Origin: Microcystis aeruginosa NIES-843
GTDB lineage: Bacteria; Cyanobacteriota; Cyanobacteriia; Cyanobacteriales; Microcystaceae
Direction: 5' to 3'
Assembly (NCBI RefSeq): GCF_000010625.1
Contig: NC_010296.1
Coordinates: 1,500,001 to 1,532,000 of the forward strand
Length of the DNA stretch: 32,000 bases
The notes under the pieces: model-generated
Told to the model about the DNA's origin: nothing
Seen by the model: the letters and a program-made list of their open reading frames with translations, nothing else
Databases searched by the model: none
Part shown: positions 17,126 to 24,827 of the stretch, piece after piece
Position numbering within the stretch: the stretch's first letter is position 1
Layout: every line of letters starts with the position of its first letter
Position numbers and translations under genes: made by a program

Positions 17126-18194
17126 TTATTAACCTATCTTCGAGATTATGAAGAAGGCGGAATAGAAAAATTAAAAGAAATCAACTTCTATCGCCCTAAA
17201 AGTGAATTAGAGTCTCAAAAAGAAACGCTCAAAAAATACTTCGAGAAAAATCCACCAGCCACAATAAATGAAGCTGTATACAGAAGAGAAGAATTGACGG
17301 GAATAAAACGAAGTCCTACTCAAGTGAGGAAATTCTTAAAATCAATGGGAATGAAATGTATAAAAGTAGGTTCTCTTCCTTCTAAAGCTGACCGGGATGA
17401 ACAAGAAGACTACAAAGAAAAAAAGCTAGAACCCAGACTAAATGAGGCTAAAGAAGGAAAAATGGCTGTTTTTTTTGTTGATGCCGCTCACTTTGTTATG
17501 GGAGCTTTTCTCGGTTTTGTTTGGTGTTTTGAGAGACTTTTTGTTAAGTCACCGAGCGGGCGTAAACGCTTCAATGTTTTAGGAGCATTAAATGCAATAA
17601 CTCATGAAGTTATTCTGGTTACGAATGACACTTATATTACAGCAACTCAAGTCTGTGAACTCCGGTCAAAAATAGCTGCTTTAGGACTAATGATTCCCAT
17701 CACTCTCGTATTAGATAATGCCCGCTATCAGAAATGTAAAATTGTTGAAAAATTGGCTCTTTCTTTGTCAATAGAGCTACTCTATCTACCGTCTTATTCG
17801 CCTAATCTAAATTTAATTGAAAGGCTGTGGAAATTTGTCAAAAAGAAATGTTTATATGGTAAATATTATGAAAACTTTTCTGACTTTTCTTCAGCCATTT
17901 ATGAATGTTTGAATGATGCCCATCTGAAACATAAAAAAGAACTGGATTCCTTGCTGACTCTACGATTTCAGAAGTTTAATAAATCTCAGATTATGAACGT
18001 CTAAAGTATAGCTTGATCATGACTTTTCTGATAAATATCTTTTTCTGGCTCCTGTCTGGCTTACTCAAATATCAGTCTAGCACCGAACAAAGTCCCCCCT
18101 TCACCTCTATTCCCCTGTCCTAATTGTGGTTCTCACCATACTATCAAGAATGGTTCTATTCATAATGGAAAACCCAAACGTCAAGGTAAAGAAT

Positions 18195-18331
18195 AGACCT
18201 CTTGCAAAAGTCTTAAGTCGATCCTTGTACAGCAACATTTTTGAAGATTATCAACTACTAATAAATAATTAACTGAAAGTCCCTCCCATTATTGTTTCTA
18301 TCGTTTGTTTTCGGATTTATGCAAGAGGTCT
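18195..18331. mobile_element. 137-bp MITE (MITE-137) with IS5-like termini
   Basis: Perfect 12-bp TIRs AGACCTCTTGCA / TGCAAGAGGTCT. AAT TSD at 18192-94 and 18332-34. Excision restores KECG in the IS1 zinc finger. Confidence 0.8.
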
Positions 18332-18654
18332 AATGTGGTCAACCGTTGGTGATCAATCCCACTAATAAAACTGTCTCTGACGAAACCAAACAATTAATTG
18401 ATAAACTCTTACTCGAACGAATTTCCTTGCGAGGAATTGCTAGAGTAACAGGGGTAAGTTGGTCATGGTTACAAAACTATGTCAACAATAAACTGGCGGC
18501 TGTCCCCCGTCAAATAAAGGTTTCGGACAAACTAAAAGGTAAATTAGTTAGAGAATGTGATGAGATGTGGTCTTGGGTTTTTTCTAAGACGATAAAGGTT
18601 TATATTTGGCGGTTAATTGATAGAAAGACAAGGGAAATTATTGGTTGCTATTTA

Positions 18655-18867
18655 GGGTTTGCTGAATAAATCTAAAAACCTTGTTGGGTAAGACTTTTAG
18701 ACTTTTTGTCAATCAAAAAGTACCAGATATGGGAGTGGTCGGGGAGAAAATTCCGGGACTTTTTCCCTGAAAATTAGGTAATTTACCCGATTAAAATGGG
18801 TAAAACCCCACACCCCACACCCCACACCCTACACCCTGCCCCTAGGAAAAACTTTTTCAGCAGACCC
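18655..18867. mobile_element. MITE-213 copy inside the IS1 transposase gene
   Basis: GGGTTTGCTGAATAAATC ... (CCCCACA)n ... TTTTTCAGCAGACCC. Nearly identical to 20822-21034. Flanked by TA on each side. Confidence 0.8.
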
Positions 18868-19213
18868 TATGCGCGGAGATAGGAGTCGTCAATCAGCCAA
18901 AAAACTTTGGGGCCAGTTTACCCGGTGTTTACCGACAATGCGCTGTTGCTTCCACAGACTTTTGGGAGTCCTATAAGACAGTAATTCCTAGTAAACGTCA
19001 TCGACCAGTCGGAAAAGAAACTGGTCAAACTAATCCTATTGAAAGATTAAATAATACCTTTCGACAAAGGATTTCTCGGCTGGTGAGAGAGAGTCTATCT
19101 TTCTCTAAAAAAATGGAGAATCACGTTGGGGAGCCCTTTGGTATTTTATCCATGACTACAATGCACAGCAAAGCAAAGGATTAAGCCGCCATCACTACTA
19201 CCGAATCACCACC

Positions 19214-19449
19214 AAGATTTGCTTTAAGGCTTGCAAGACTTCATCCCCCGTCACCTTTCCTGGAACGACTTCGTAGCGTTTTTCTGCGGCAATCCAGCGA
19301 TTGGGTAGGCGTTCTACATTGGCAAATGTCCCGGTATTCTCCAAGAATTTAGCAACAGCTTCCGCATCTTTGGCGGGTTTGCTCAAAGGTGGCAGGAAAT
19401 TGGGGTTATCGTAATCGTTAATGCCGATGACGAGGGCGTAGCGAGCCAT
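19214..19449 (-). pseudogene. Caspase-like (peptidase C14) domain protein, N-terminal 78 residues only
   Basis: MARYALVIGINDYDNPNFLPPLSKPAKDAEAVAKFLENTG... is the typical start of bacterial caspase/orthocaspase domains. The ORF is cut by the IS1 right IR at 19213, before the His/Cys dyad. Confidence 0.65.
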
Positions 19450-19614
19450 AGACAGTCAGCAAGGGATAGAAATGTTTTTTATGTTAGGTTGTTTTTTGGT
19501 AAACTGCAAGGAAAGCATACGCCCTCCCTTAGATGACCTTTTCTTATCATCACAAGTATGGGAGAGCTAGGAAATAGTTAAGAAAAAAGTTGATTTTCAA
19601 TTTTTGCACTATTT

Positions 19615-20174
19615 ATGACTCGACTAACTCCGATCCAAATTGACGAAAACACCCTAATTTATATAGAGTCCACCGATGACCTGGAAATTCCGACCGAGAC
19701 ATTAAGAACGGAGGGAAGAGTTGCTAAAGGGGGAATTTCTATACCAGATAAACAGCAAATTTTGCAGAATTTTCAGACAATTGAAGATACAATTCGTACT
19801 TACACTACTTACACTTTAAACGCTTTTCGCAATTTAGCCATTGCCAACATTGAGGAAGTCACTTGACAATTTGGTGTCGAAATCGGCGGCGAGGTAGGAA
19901 TCCCTTATATTACCAAAGGAACCGCTAAAAGTAATTTAAATATTACGGTTAATGGGACTTAGACAAAAAACAAATCGAGAAAAGCCTCAACTCCAATCCC
20001 CGCTTGGGATTTACTTCGAGAAGCCCAAAATCGCTGAAACCCAGATATATCAAGGAAAATCATAAATCGAGGTTAACCCTTTGTCCCGTAATGGTTTGAG
20101 CCTTTTTTGCTGACCGAAAACGCCTAAGTCCCATTAAGTGTACCTTTCCTAAGCCGCCGAACTCGTCTGATTGA
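19615..20174 (+). pseudogene. Trypco2-like / CU044_2847-family small protein with an in-frame TGA and a MITE near its 3' end
   Basis: The 83-aa ORF stops at TGA 19864-66. The same frame continues QFGVEIGGEVGIPYITKGTAKSNLNITV, matching the family's C-terminal (E)FGV.L.GE.G....G.A.AN..VT pattern as I recall it. Excising 19953-20133 extends the frame to TGA 20172-74. Confidence 0.55.
19953..20133. mobile_element. 181-bp MITE candidate (MITE-181) at a TTAA site
   Basis: 10-bp TIRs TGGGACTTAG / CTAAGTCCCA. TTAA at 19949-52 and 20134-37. Confidence 0.55.
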
Positions 20175-20252
20175 TTGTCCAAGATTCAAGCTTCTCTTTT
20201 CTGATCCTTTTGTTTATCTGCTTGAAAATCATCACAATAATTATTTAGAAAA

Positions 20253-20432
20253 GTGGAACCTACAGAAGAACAGTATCTTGTCTTAAATGCTCTTGAAACT
20301 TTGGGACTCCTGCTCTTTAGAGTCTATGATGAAGATAATGGAGCTTGGCTAATCATTACTTCTAGTCTAACATTGCCCAGATCATACTTATTGCCTAATG
20401 GCGAAATTATTCCCCTAGAATGGATGCTTTAA
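20253..20432 (+). CDS. Hypothetical 59-aa protein (GTG start)
   Basis: ORF MEPTEEQYLVLNALETLGLLLFRVYDEDNGAWLIITSSLTLPRSYLLPNGEIIPLEWML. Its stop TAA 20430-32 lies 2 nt before the ATG at 20435, suggesting translational coupling. No homology recognised. Confidence 0.3.
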   Translation: MEPTEEQYLVLNALETLGLLLFRVYDEDNGAWLIITSSLTLPRSYLLPNGEIIPLEWML

Positions 20433-20434
20433 CC

Positions 20435-20710
20435 ATGAAAAAACCGACAGAACTTCAACAGCAAAAATACGCAAGAATTGGCGAAATTGCAGCCAAAGGA
20501 AGACAGCGTTATCTAGAAGCAGGAGGCGATCAAAAAATCTGCCCTAGCGGAAGAAAAGGAAATGATTATTTAACCGATGAAGAACGTAAAGAAATTTTAC
20601 AATTAGCCCGTCAGGTTTTTGGCGTTCAGATTAAAGATGGCCAAGTTTACTGTCAAGGACGGACTTGGAAAATATCCGATAAAAAAGTCTCAAAAGATAC
20701 CGAAAAATGA
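20435..20710 (+). CDS. Hypothetical basic 91-aa protein
   Basis: ORF MKKPTELQQQKYARIGEIAAKGRQRYLEAGGDQKICPSGRKG...; the alternative upstream ATG is at 20420. No family recognised. Confidence 0.45.
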   Translation: MKKPTELQQQKYARIGEIAAKGRQRYLEAGGDQKICPSGRKGNDYLTDEERKEILQLARQVFGVQIKDGQVYCQGRTWKISDKKVSKDTEK

Positions 20711-20733
20711 ACTAAATATTGCTAGTGTAGAAC

Positions 20734-20798
20734 GTAGGTTGGGTTGAAGCATGAAACCCAACGCCCGCATGGGTTACGCTACCGCTAACCCATCCTAC
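20734..20798. repeat. Double-hairpin palindromic unit bracketed by GTAGG...CCTAC
   Basis: Hairpins GTTGGGTT-N9-AACCCAAC (20738-62) and ATGGGTTA-N9-TAACCCAT (20769-93). Same GTAGG/CCTAC style as the palindrome at 23325. Confidence 0.6.
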
Positions 20799-20821
20799 AA
20801 ATAATTGTGCCTCCCTACTTA

Positions 20822-21034
20822 GGGCTGGCTGAATAAATCTAAAAACCTTGTTGGGTAAGACTTTTAGACTTTTTGTCAATCAAAAAGTACCAGATATGGG
20901 AGTGGTCGGGGAGAAAATTCCGGGACTTTTTCCCTGAAAATTAGGTAATTTACCCGATTAAAATGGGTAAAACCCCACACCCCACACCCTACACCCTACA
21001 CCCTGCCCCCAGGAAAAACTTTTTCAGCAAACCC
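20822..21034. mobile_element. MITE-213 copy
   Basis: GGGCTGGCTGAATAAATC ... TTTTTCAGCAAACCC. Flanked by the direct repeat TACTTA at 20816-21 and 21035-40. Confidence 0.8.
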
Positions 21035-21141
21035 TACTTAAATGTGCGGACAGCTTAGAACTTACCTGAATAAAAGCCCCCAGAAAACATCACTTTCTAG
21101 GGGTCTAATTACAATTGACGGAAAACAAACTTATGGGGAGG

Positions 21142-21417
21142 TTAACCTCCAGCTACCGCAGGAACGATACTGACTTCATCGCCATCTTTTAAGGGGGTTT
21201 TTGTCCCATCGAGGAAGCGAATATCTTCACTGTTGACGTAGAAATTTAAAAAGCGCCGGGGTGCGCCCTCTTCATCGCATAAGCGGGCTTTAATACCGGG
21301 GAAACTTGCTTCTAAGGATTCGATTAAATCACCGACACTACTAGCACTACACTCGATGGTAGCCTTATTTTCTGTAAATTTTTGCAGGGGAGTAGGAATG
21401 AGAACTTTTACAGCCAT
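21142..21417 (-). CDS. CysO-like MoaD/ThiS-family sulfur-carrier protein (C-terminal GG)
   Basis: [14 protein letters not shown]...YVNSEDIRF...[14 protein letters not shown] closely parallels M. tuberculosis CysO as I recall it (..VSIPT..., YVNDEDVRF, DGD.V.ILPAVAGG). The start at 21417 is preferred over the listed 21456. Confidence 0.8.
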   Translation of the reverse strand: MAVKVLIPTPLQKFTENKATIECSASSVGDLIESLEASFPGIKARLCDEEGAPRRFLNFYVNSEDIRFLDGTKTPLKDGDEVSIVPAVAGG

Positions 21418-21523
21418 AGATATCAAGGAAAAAGTGGAAAGGACGGTAAGCTGCACGCGAATTTAAATTGCTTGTGGAGATGAGGCAAGGGGATAATCGC
21501 CCCATCATCCCCGAACATCAATT

Positions 21524-22828
21524 CTAGACGAGAACCTGTTGCCATTCGAGGCGTTCGAGGGTGCGGGAACGTTCCAGGGCCCGTTCAAAGCTTTCTAATT
21601 TCGGTTCGATTAACAGGGGTTCACCGATATAACCCTGTACCGCTTCTTGGGTTTTTAGACCATTACCAGTGATATAAACGACCGTGGTTTCTTCGGGGTC
21701 GATTTTACCCGCTTCTACTAATTTTTTCAAGACAGCGATAGTCGTACCGCCCGCGGTTTCCGTGAAAATGCCTTCCGTTTCTGCCAAAAGTTTAATACCT
21801 TCGATAATTTCGGCATCGGTGACGGATTCAATATTACCGCCAGTTTTACGGGCAATATCAAGGGCATAAACACCATCGGCGGGATTACCAATAGCGATCG
21901 ATTTGGCGATAGTATTGGGTTTAACTGGGGCGACAAAATCCCGTCCTTCCTTGAAAGCTTGGGCAATGGGGGAACAACCCTCCGCTTGAGCGCCACTAAA
22001 ACGCACTGCTTTATCTGCCACCAAACCGACTTTGACGAATTCTTGGAAGCCTTTATAAATCTTGGTAAAGAGGGAACCACTGGCTAAAGGTGCGACAATA
22101 TGATCGGGGAGTTTCCAGCCTAATTGTTCGGCCACTTCAAAGCCTAAGGTTTTGGAACCTTCGGAATAGTAGGGACGCAGATTGATGTTGACAAAACCCC
22201 AACCGTAGGTGTTGCCCACTTCTGAACAGAGACGGTTGACCTGATCGTAATTGCCTTTAACCGCCATTACCGTGGGATTATAGATTAGGGTGCCGAGAAT
22301 TTTACCCGCTTCTAAGTCGGAGGGAATGAAAACACAACAGTCTAAACCGGCGTGAGCGGCAATAGCGGCGGTGGAATTGGCGAGATTTCCCGTACTAGCA
22401 CAGGAAACGGTGGTAAAACCTAATTCTTTGGCCCGGGTAAGGGCGACGGATACCACTCTATCTTTGAAGCTGAGAGTGGGCATATTGACGGCATCATTTT
22501 TAATGTAGAGATTTTTTAGACCCAAGCGCCGGGCTAAACGGTGGGATTTAACTAGGGGAGTCATACCCGTACCCACATCGATAGGATTTTCACTTTCCAC
22601 CGGCAAAAAGGAACGATAGCGCCAGATGGAATTGGGACCGGCTTGAATGCTTTCTCTGGTAACGGTGCGACGGATGAGGTCGTAATCGTAGTCCACTTCC
22701 AGGGGGGCAAAGGTTTCTTCGCAGATATTCAGCGCTTTCAGGGGGTAGGAGGTCCCTCCTTCCTTAGAAACCAAGCGGGTAAAGGTGGGGATGAATTTTG
22801 AGGTTTCGATGTTTGTCGCTAGGGTCAT
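21524..22828 (-). CDS. thrC: Threonine synthase (fold-type II PLP enzyme, long form)
   Basis: 434 aa. PLP-lysine context PTLSFKDRVVSVAL, CASTGNLANS and the C-terminal GNGLKT. Confidence 0.85.
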   Translation of the reverse strand: MTLATNIETSKFIPTFTRLVSKEGGTSYPLKALNICEETFAPLEVDYDYDLIRRTVTRESIQAGPNSIWRYRSFLPVESENPIDVGTGMTPLVKSHRLARRLGLKNLYIKNDAVNMPTLSFKDRVVSVALTRAKELGFTTVSCASTGNLANSTAAIAAHAGLDCCVFIPSDLEAGKILGTLIYNPTVMAVKGNYDQVNRLCSEVGNTYGWGFVNINLRPYYSEGSKTLGFEVAEQLGWKLPDHIVAPLASGSLFTKIYKGFQEFVKVGLVADKAVRFSGAQAEGCSPIAQAFKEGRDFVAPVKPNTIAKSIAIGNPADGVYALDIARKTGGNIESVTDAEIIEGIKLLAETEGIFTETAGGTTIAVLKKLVEAGKIDPEETTVVYITGNGLKTQEAVQGYIGEPLLIEPKLESFERALERSRTLERLEWQQVLV

Positions 22829-23324
22829 GATTTTCCTGTCTTGCCGTCAACTGAATCTACAAGCATCCTATCACTCCCAAAATCTTGGTGTCAAATATAC
22901 CCGACTATTTTTGTCGGGTATAAATTTATACAAAAATTAGGGGATAATCTGGGGAGCAGCAAGGGTTAAGGGGAGATGGTTAAGCTGCTGTGTCAGGAAA
23001 CTTCGGGGTAGTTTTAGGTCAAAAAAAGGACTAGGAGAAGGGATTTAAGTGTTTTAGGAGGCTATAGCCTATTTACTGCTAATTTTATCGAAATAAGCCC
23101 TAATTTTTCTTTAAATAGCTTAAACAGGGGGCGATTAACTGCGGTTGCCAGAAAGTTTCTCGGGTTGCTCAGGATGATTGTCAAGAAAAGTGACAAATTA
23201 TGTGATTTTGTTGAGAAATAATAATTTTTTCTGGACTGCCCAATAAAATTGACTATTTTCAGCAGGAGTCAGGAGCCGGTCGTCAGGAGATTATTTTTAT
23301 TTATTCTCCCTTCTCCCTAGGAAG

Positions 23325-23352
23325 GTAGGGTTGATTCATGAATCAACCCTAC
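23325..23352. terminator. Perfect 28-nt palindrome GTAGGGTTGATTCATGAATCAACCCTAC, 36 nt downstream of rsmD
   Basis: 12-bp stem with a 4-nt loop, and no U-tract. It may be a repeat-family hairpin rather than a terminator. Confidence 0.3.
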
Positions 23353-23387
23353 GGGGGCAGGGGGGATCAAACCTTAAGAGTCAGTGG

Positions 23388-23933
23388 TCAGCAGACATCT
23401 GCTTTTTGATAAAAAGTTAAGGTGGTATTGCCGTAGCGTTTCTGACGACAAATGGTTAAACCTTCTAGATTAATTGCTTGCCAAGATTTGGGATTATGTT
23501 CCACGGCAATTTCCCCCAGAGAATCTAACAAATTAGATTGAGAGATGGCAGTTAGTACCGGTAAATATAAACCGCTTTCGTAGGGAGGGTCAAAATAAAT
23601 TAAATCAAAACTTTTCCCCGCTAAAGTGGCTAACTTTGTCAGTACATCCCCCCGAATTACTTGGAATTGCTGGGGAGAAGTTGCTAAATTGCGCCAATTT
23701 TCCTTGATAATTTCGCCAGCGCGTCCTGATTGTTCAATTCCGATTACTAGACTCGCACCTCGACATAAAGCTTCCGCACCCATGGAACCATTACCCGCAC
23801 AAAGATCCAACCAACGACAGCCAGATAATTTCTGTTGCCAGATATTAAATAAAGCTTCTCGCACCCTTGCTGTCGTCGGACGGGTTAATTGTCCTGCTAG
23901 GGTTTTTATGGGACGATTGCCGTAAATTCTCAT
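23388..23933 (-). CDS. rsmD: 16S rRNA (guanine966-N2)-methyltransferase RsmD
   Basis: 181 aa. GQLTRPTTARVREALFNIW, LDLCAGNGSMGAEALCRGA and IYFDPPY. Confidence 0.85.
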   Translation of the reverse strand: MRIYGNRPIKTLAGQLTRPTTARVREALFNIWQQKLSGCRWLDLCAGNGSMGAEALCRGASLVIGIEQSGRAGEIIKENWRNLATSPQQFQVIRGDVLTKLATLAGKSFDLIYFDPPYESGLYLPVLTAISQSNLLDSLGEIAVEHNPKSWQAINLEGLTICRQKRYGNTTLTFYQKADVC

Positions 23934-23936
23934 CGG

Positions 23937-24614
23937 TTAAAAGGCAAATTCAGTTAATCTTTTTTGTAATAAATCAGGAAAAAGAGCATAGTATCTTTGA
24001 TTGAGAGGAGAGGGATGGGGGAGAGGCAATAAAGTCACTTTCTTTTGCTGTTTTAATCCATCTTCATCGGTAGCGGTAAGGGTAACTAGCAGTTTTTTGG
24101 TAAAGCGTTCTTTATCAAGATAGAATTTATCTACTTCTCTGGGTTTACCGTAGGGTTCAAACCATTTAAAAGCTTCCGTGCCAAGGGTAATGATATGATC
24201 ACCTTGCCAATAAAAAACGAGCAGTTTTTCTATAAATGGACGAAAACGATCTTTCACTTCCCCAGAATAAGCTTTATTACCAGGAGGTTTGTAGGGAACT
24301 GTATTAGTTAAGAAAATTCGATCGCACACCGATAATAACTCTTGACGATCATGAGATTTTCTCCCCTGCCAAGCTTGAAAAAATCCCTCTCTCACCATTC
24401 TACCGGCAGCCCCGATCAAAGGTTGTCCTGCATACACTTCATCTCGTCCTAAATCCCGGCCAAAAAAGCATAACTGACTAGCCAGATTACCTGCATACAA
24501 AACTGGTTCAAGGGGGTCTTTTTTGGCCTCTTGGTAAATTAGGGTATCGATGGGAAAATCCTCTTTTTTTGCCTCTTGGTGTACCTGTTTAATTAGGGTT
24601 TTAATATCGGTCAT
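23937..24614 (-). CDS. Uracil-DNA glycosylase superfamily protein (family 4/5-like)
   Basis: 225 aa. GRDLGRDEVYAGQPLIGAAG aligns to the GE.PG..E...G.PF.G.AG motif. Motif B is LPHPSPLN. Confidence 0.7.
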   Translation of the reverse strand: MTDIKTLIKQVHQEAKKEDFPIDTLIYQEAKKDPLEPVLYAGNLASQLCFFGRDLGRDEVYAGQPLIGAAGRMVREGFFQAWQGRKSHDRQELLSVCDRIFLTNTVPYKPPGNKAYSGEVKDRFRPFIEKLLVFYWQGDHIITLGTEAFKWFEPYGKPREVDKFYLDKERFTKKLLVTLTATDEDGLKQQKKVTLLPLPHPSPLNQRYYALFPDLLQKRLTEFAF

Positions 24615-24616
24615 TT

Positions 24617-24824
24617 CAGTTATCAGTTATCAGTTATCAGTTATCAGATGTGAGTTATCAGTTATCAGTTATCAGTTATCAGATGTGAGTTATCAGTTAT
24701 CAGTTATCAGATGTGAGTTTTCAGTTCACTGATTACTGTTTACTGTTTACTGATCACTGAAAAAAGCTTCTCCCTACACCCCACACCCTACACCCCACAC
24801 CCTACACCCTACACCCTACACCCC
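24617..24824. repeat. Compound tandem array: (TTATCAG)n with a 28-nt higher-order unit, (TTACTGT)n, then (CCCTACA/CCCCACA)n
   Basis: Read directly. Fills the whole era-UDG spacer. Confidence 0.9.
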
Positions 24825-24827
24825 AAT

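Larger units (their letters stand above)
15296..18008 (+). mobile_element. IS630-family copy (host copy), interrupted by a second IS630 copy and by MITE-429
   Basis: Termini are TACTTTGCACGG... and ...CGTCTAAAGTA, with TA TSD at 15294-95 and 18009-10. The transposase ORF starts at 15386, breaks at 15529, resumes at 16670-16696, and breaks again until 17126-18004. Confidence 0.85.
15188..19213 (+). mobile_element. Decayed IS1-family element carrying nested insertions (IS630 pair, MITE-137, MITE-213)
   Basis: IRs are GGTAATGATTCGGTAGTAGTGG (15188-) and (rc, ending 19213) GGTGGTGATTCGGTAGTAGTGA. InsA-like PCPNCGSHHTIKNGSIHNGKPKRQGKE|CGQPLVINPTNK..., then DEMWSWV...REIIGCYLG | GDRSRQSAKKLW, a frameshift, and YRQCAVASTDFWESYKTVIPSKRHRPVGKETGQTNPIERLNNTFRQRISRLVRESLSFSKK to the stop at 19182-19184. 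Confidence 0.8.

Noticed and set aside
17111-18004. 297-aa ORF as an independent (N-terminally short) transposase gene
   Set aside because: Its ATG lies in the right TIR of MITE-429 (ATGGGGGAAGTCCAG). It is the 3' part of the interrupted host IS630 ORF.
19864-19866. In-frame TGA in the trypco2-like ORF as selenocysteine or programmed read-through
   Set aside because: I see no SECIS-like hairpin immediately downstream. The gene also carries a MITE and its partner gene is truncated, so a simple nonsense mutation or sequencing error is more parsimonious.
22889-22925. Riboswitch or attenuator upstream of thrC
   Set aside because: Only a 10-bp hairpin (TATACCCGAC/GTCGGGTATA) and a possible sigma70-like TTGACA-N18-TAGGAT are visible. 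There is no conserved riboswitch core that I can recognise. Too weak to call.
24617-24760. Possible CRISPR array, given regularly spaced repeats between the UDG gene and era
   Set aside because: The repeat unit is 7 nt with a 28-nt higher-order period. There are no unique spacers and no cas genes nearby. It is a microsatellite-type array.
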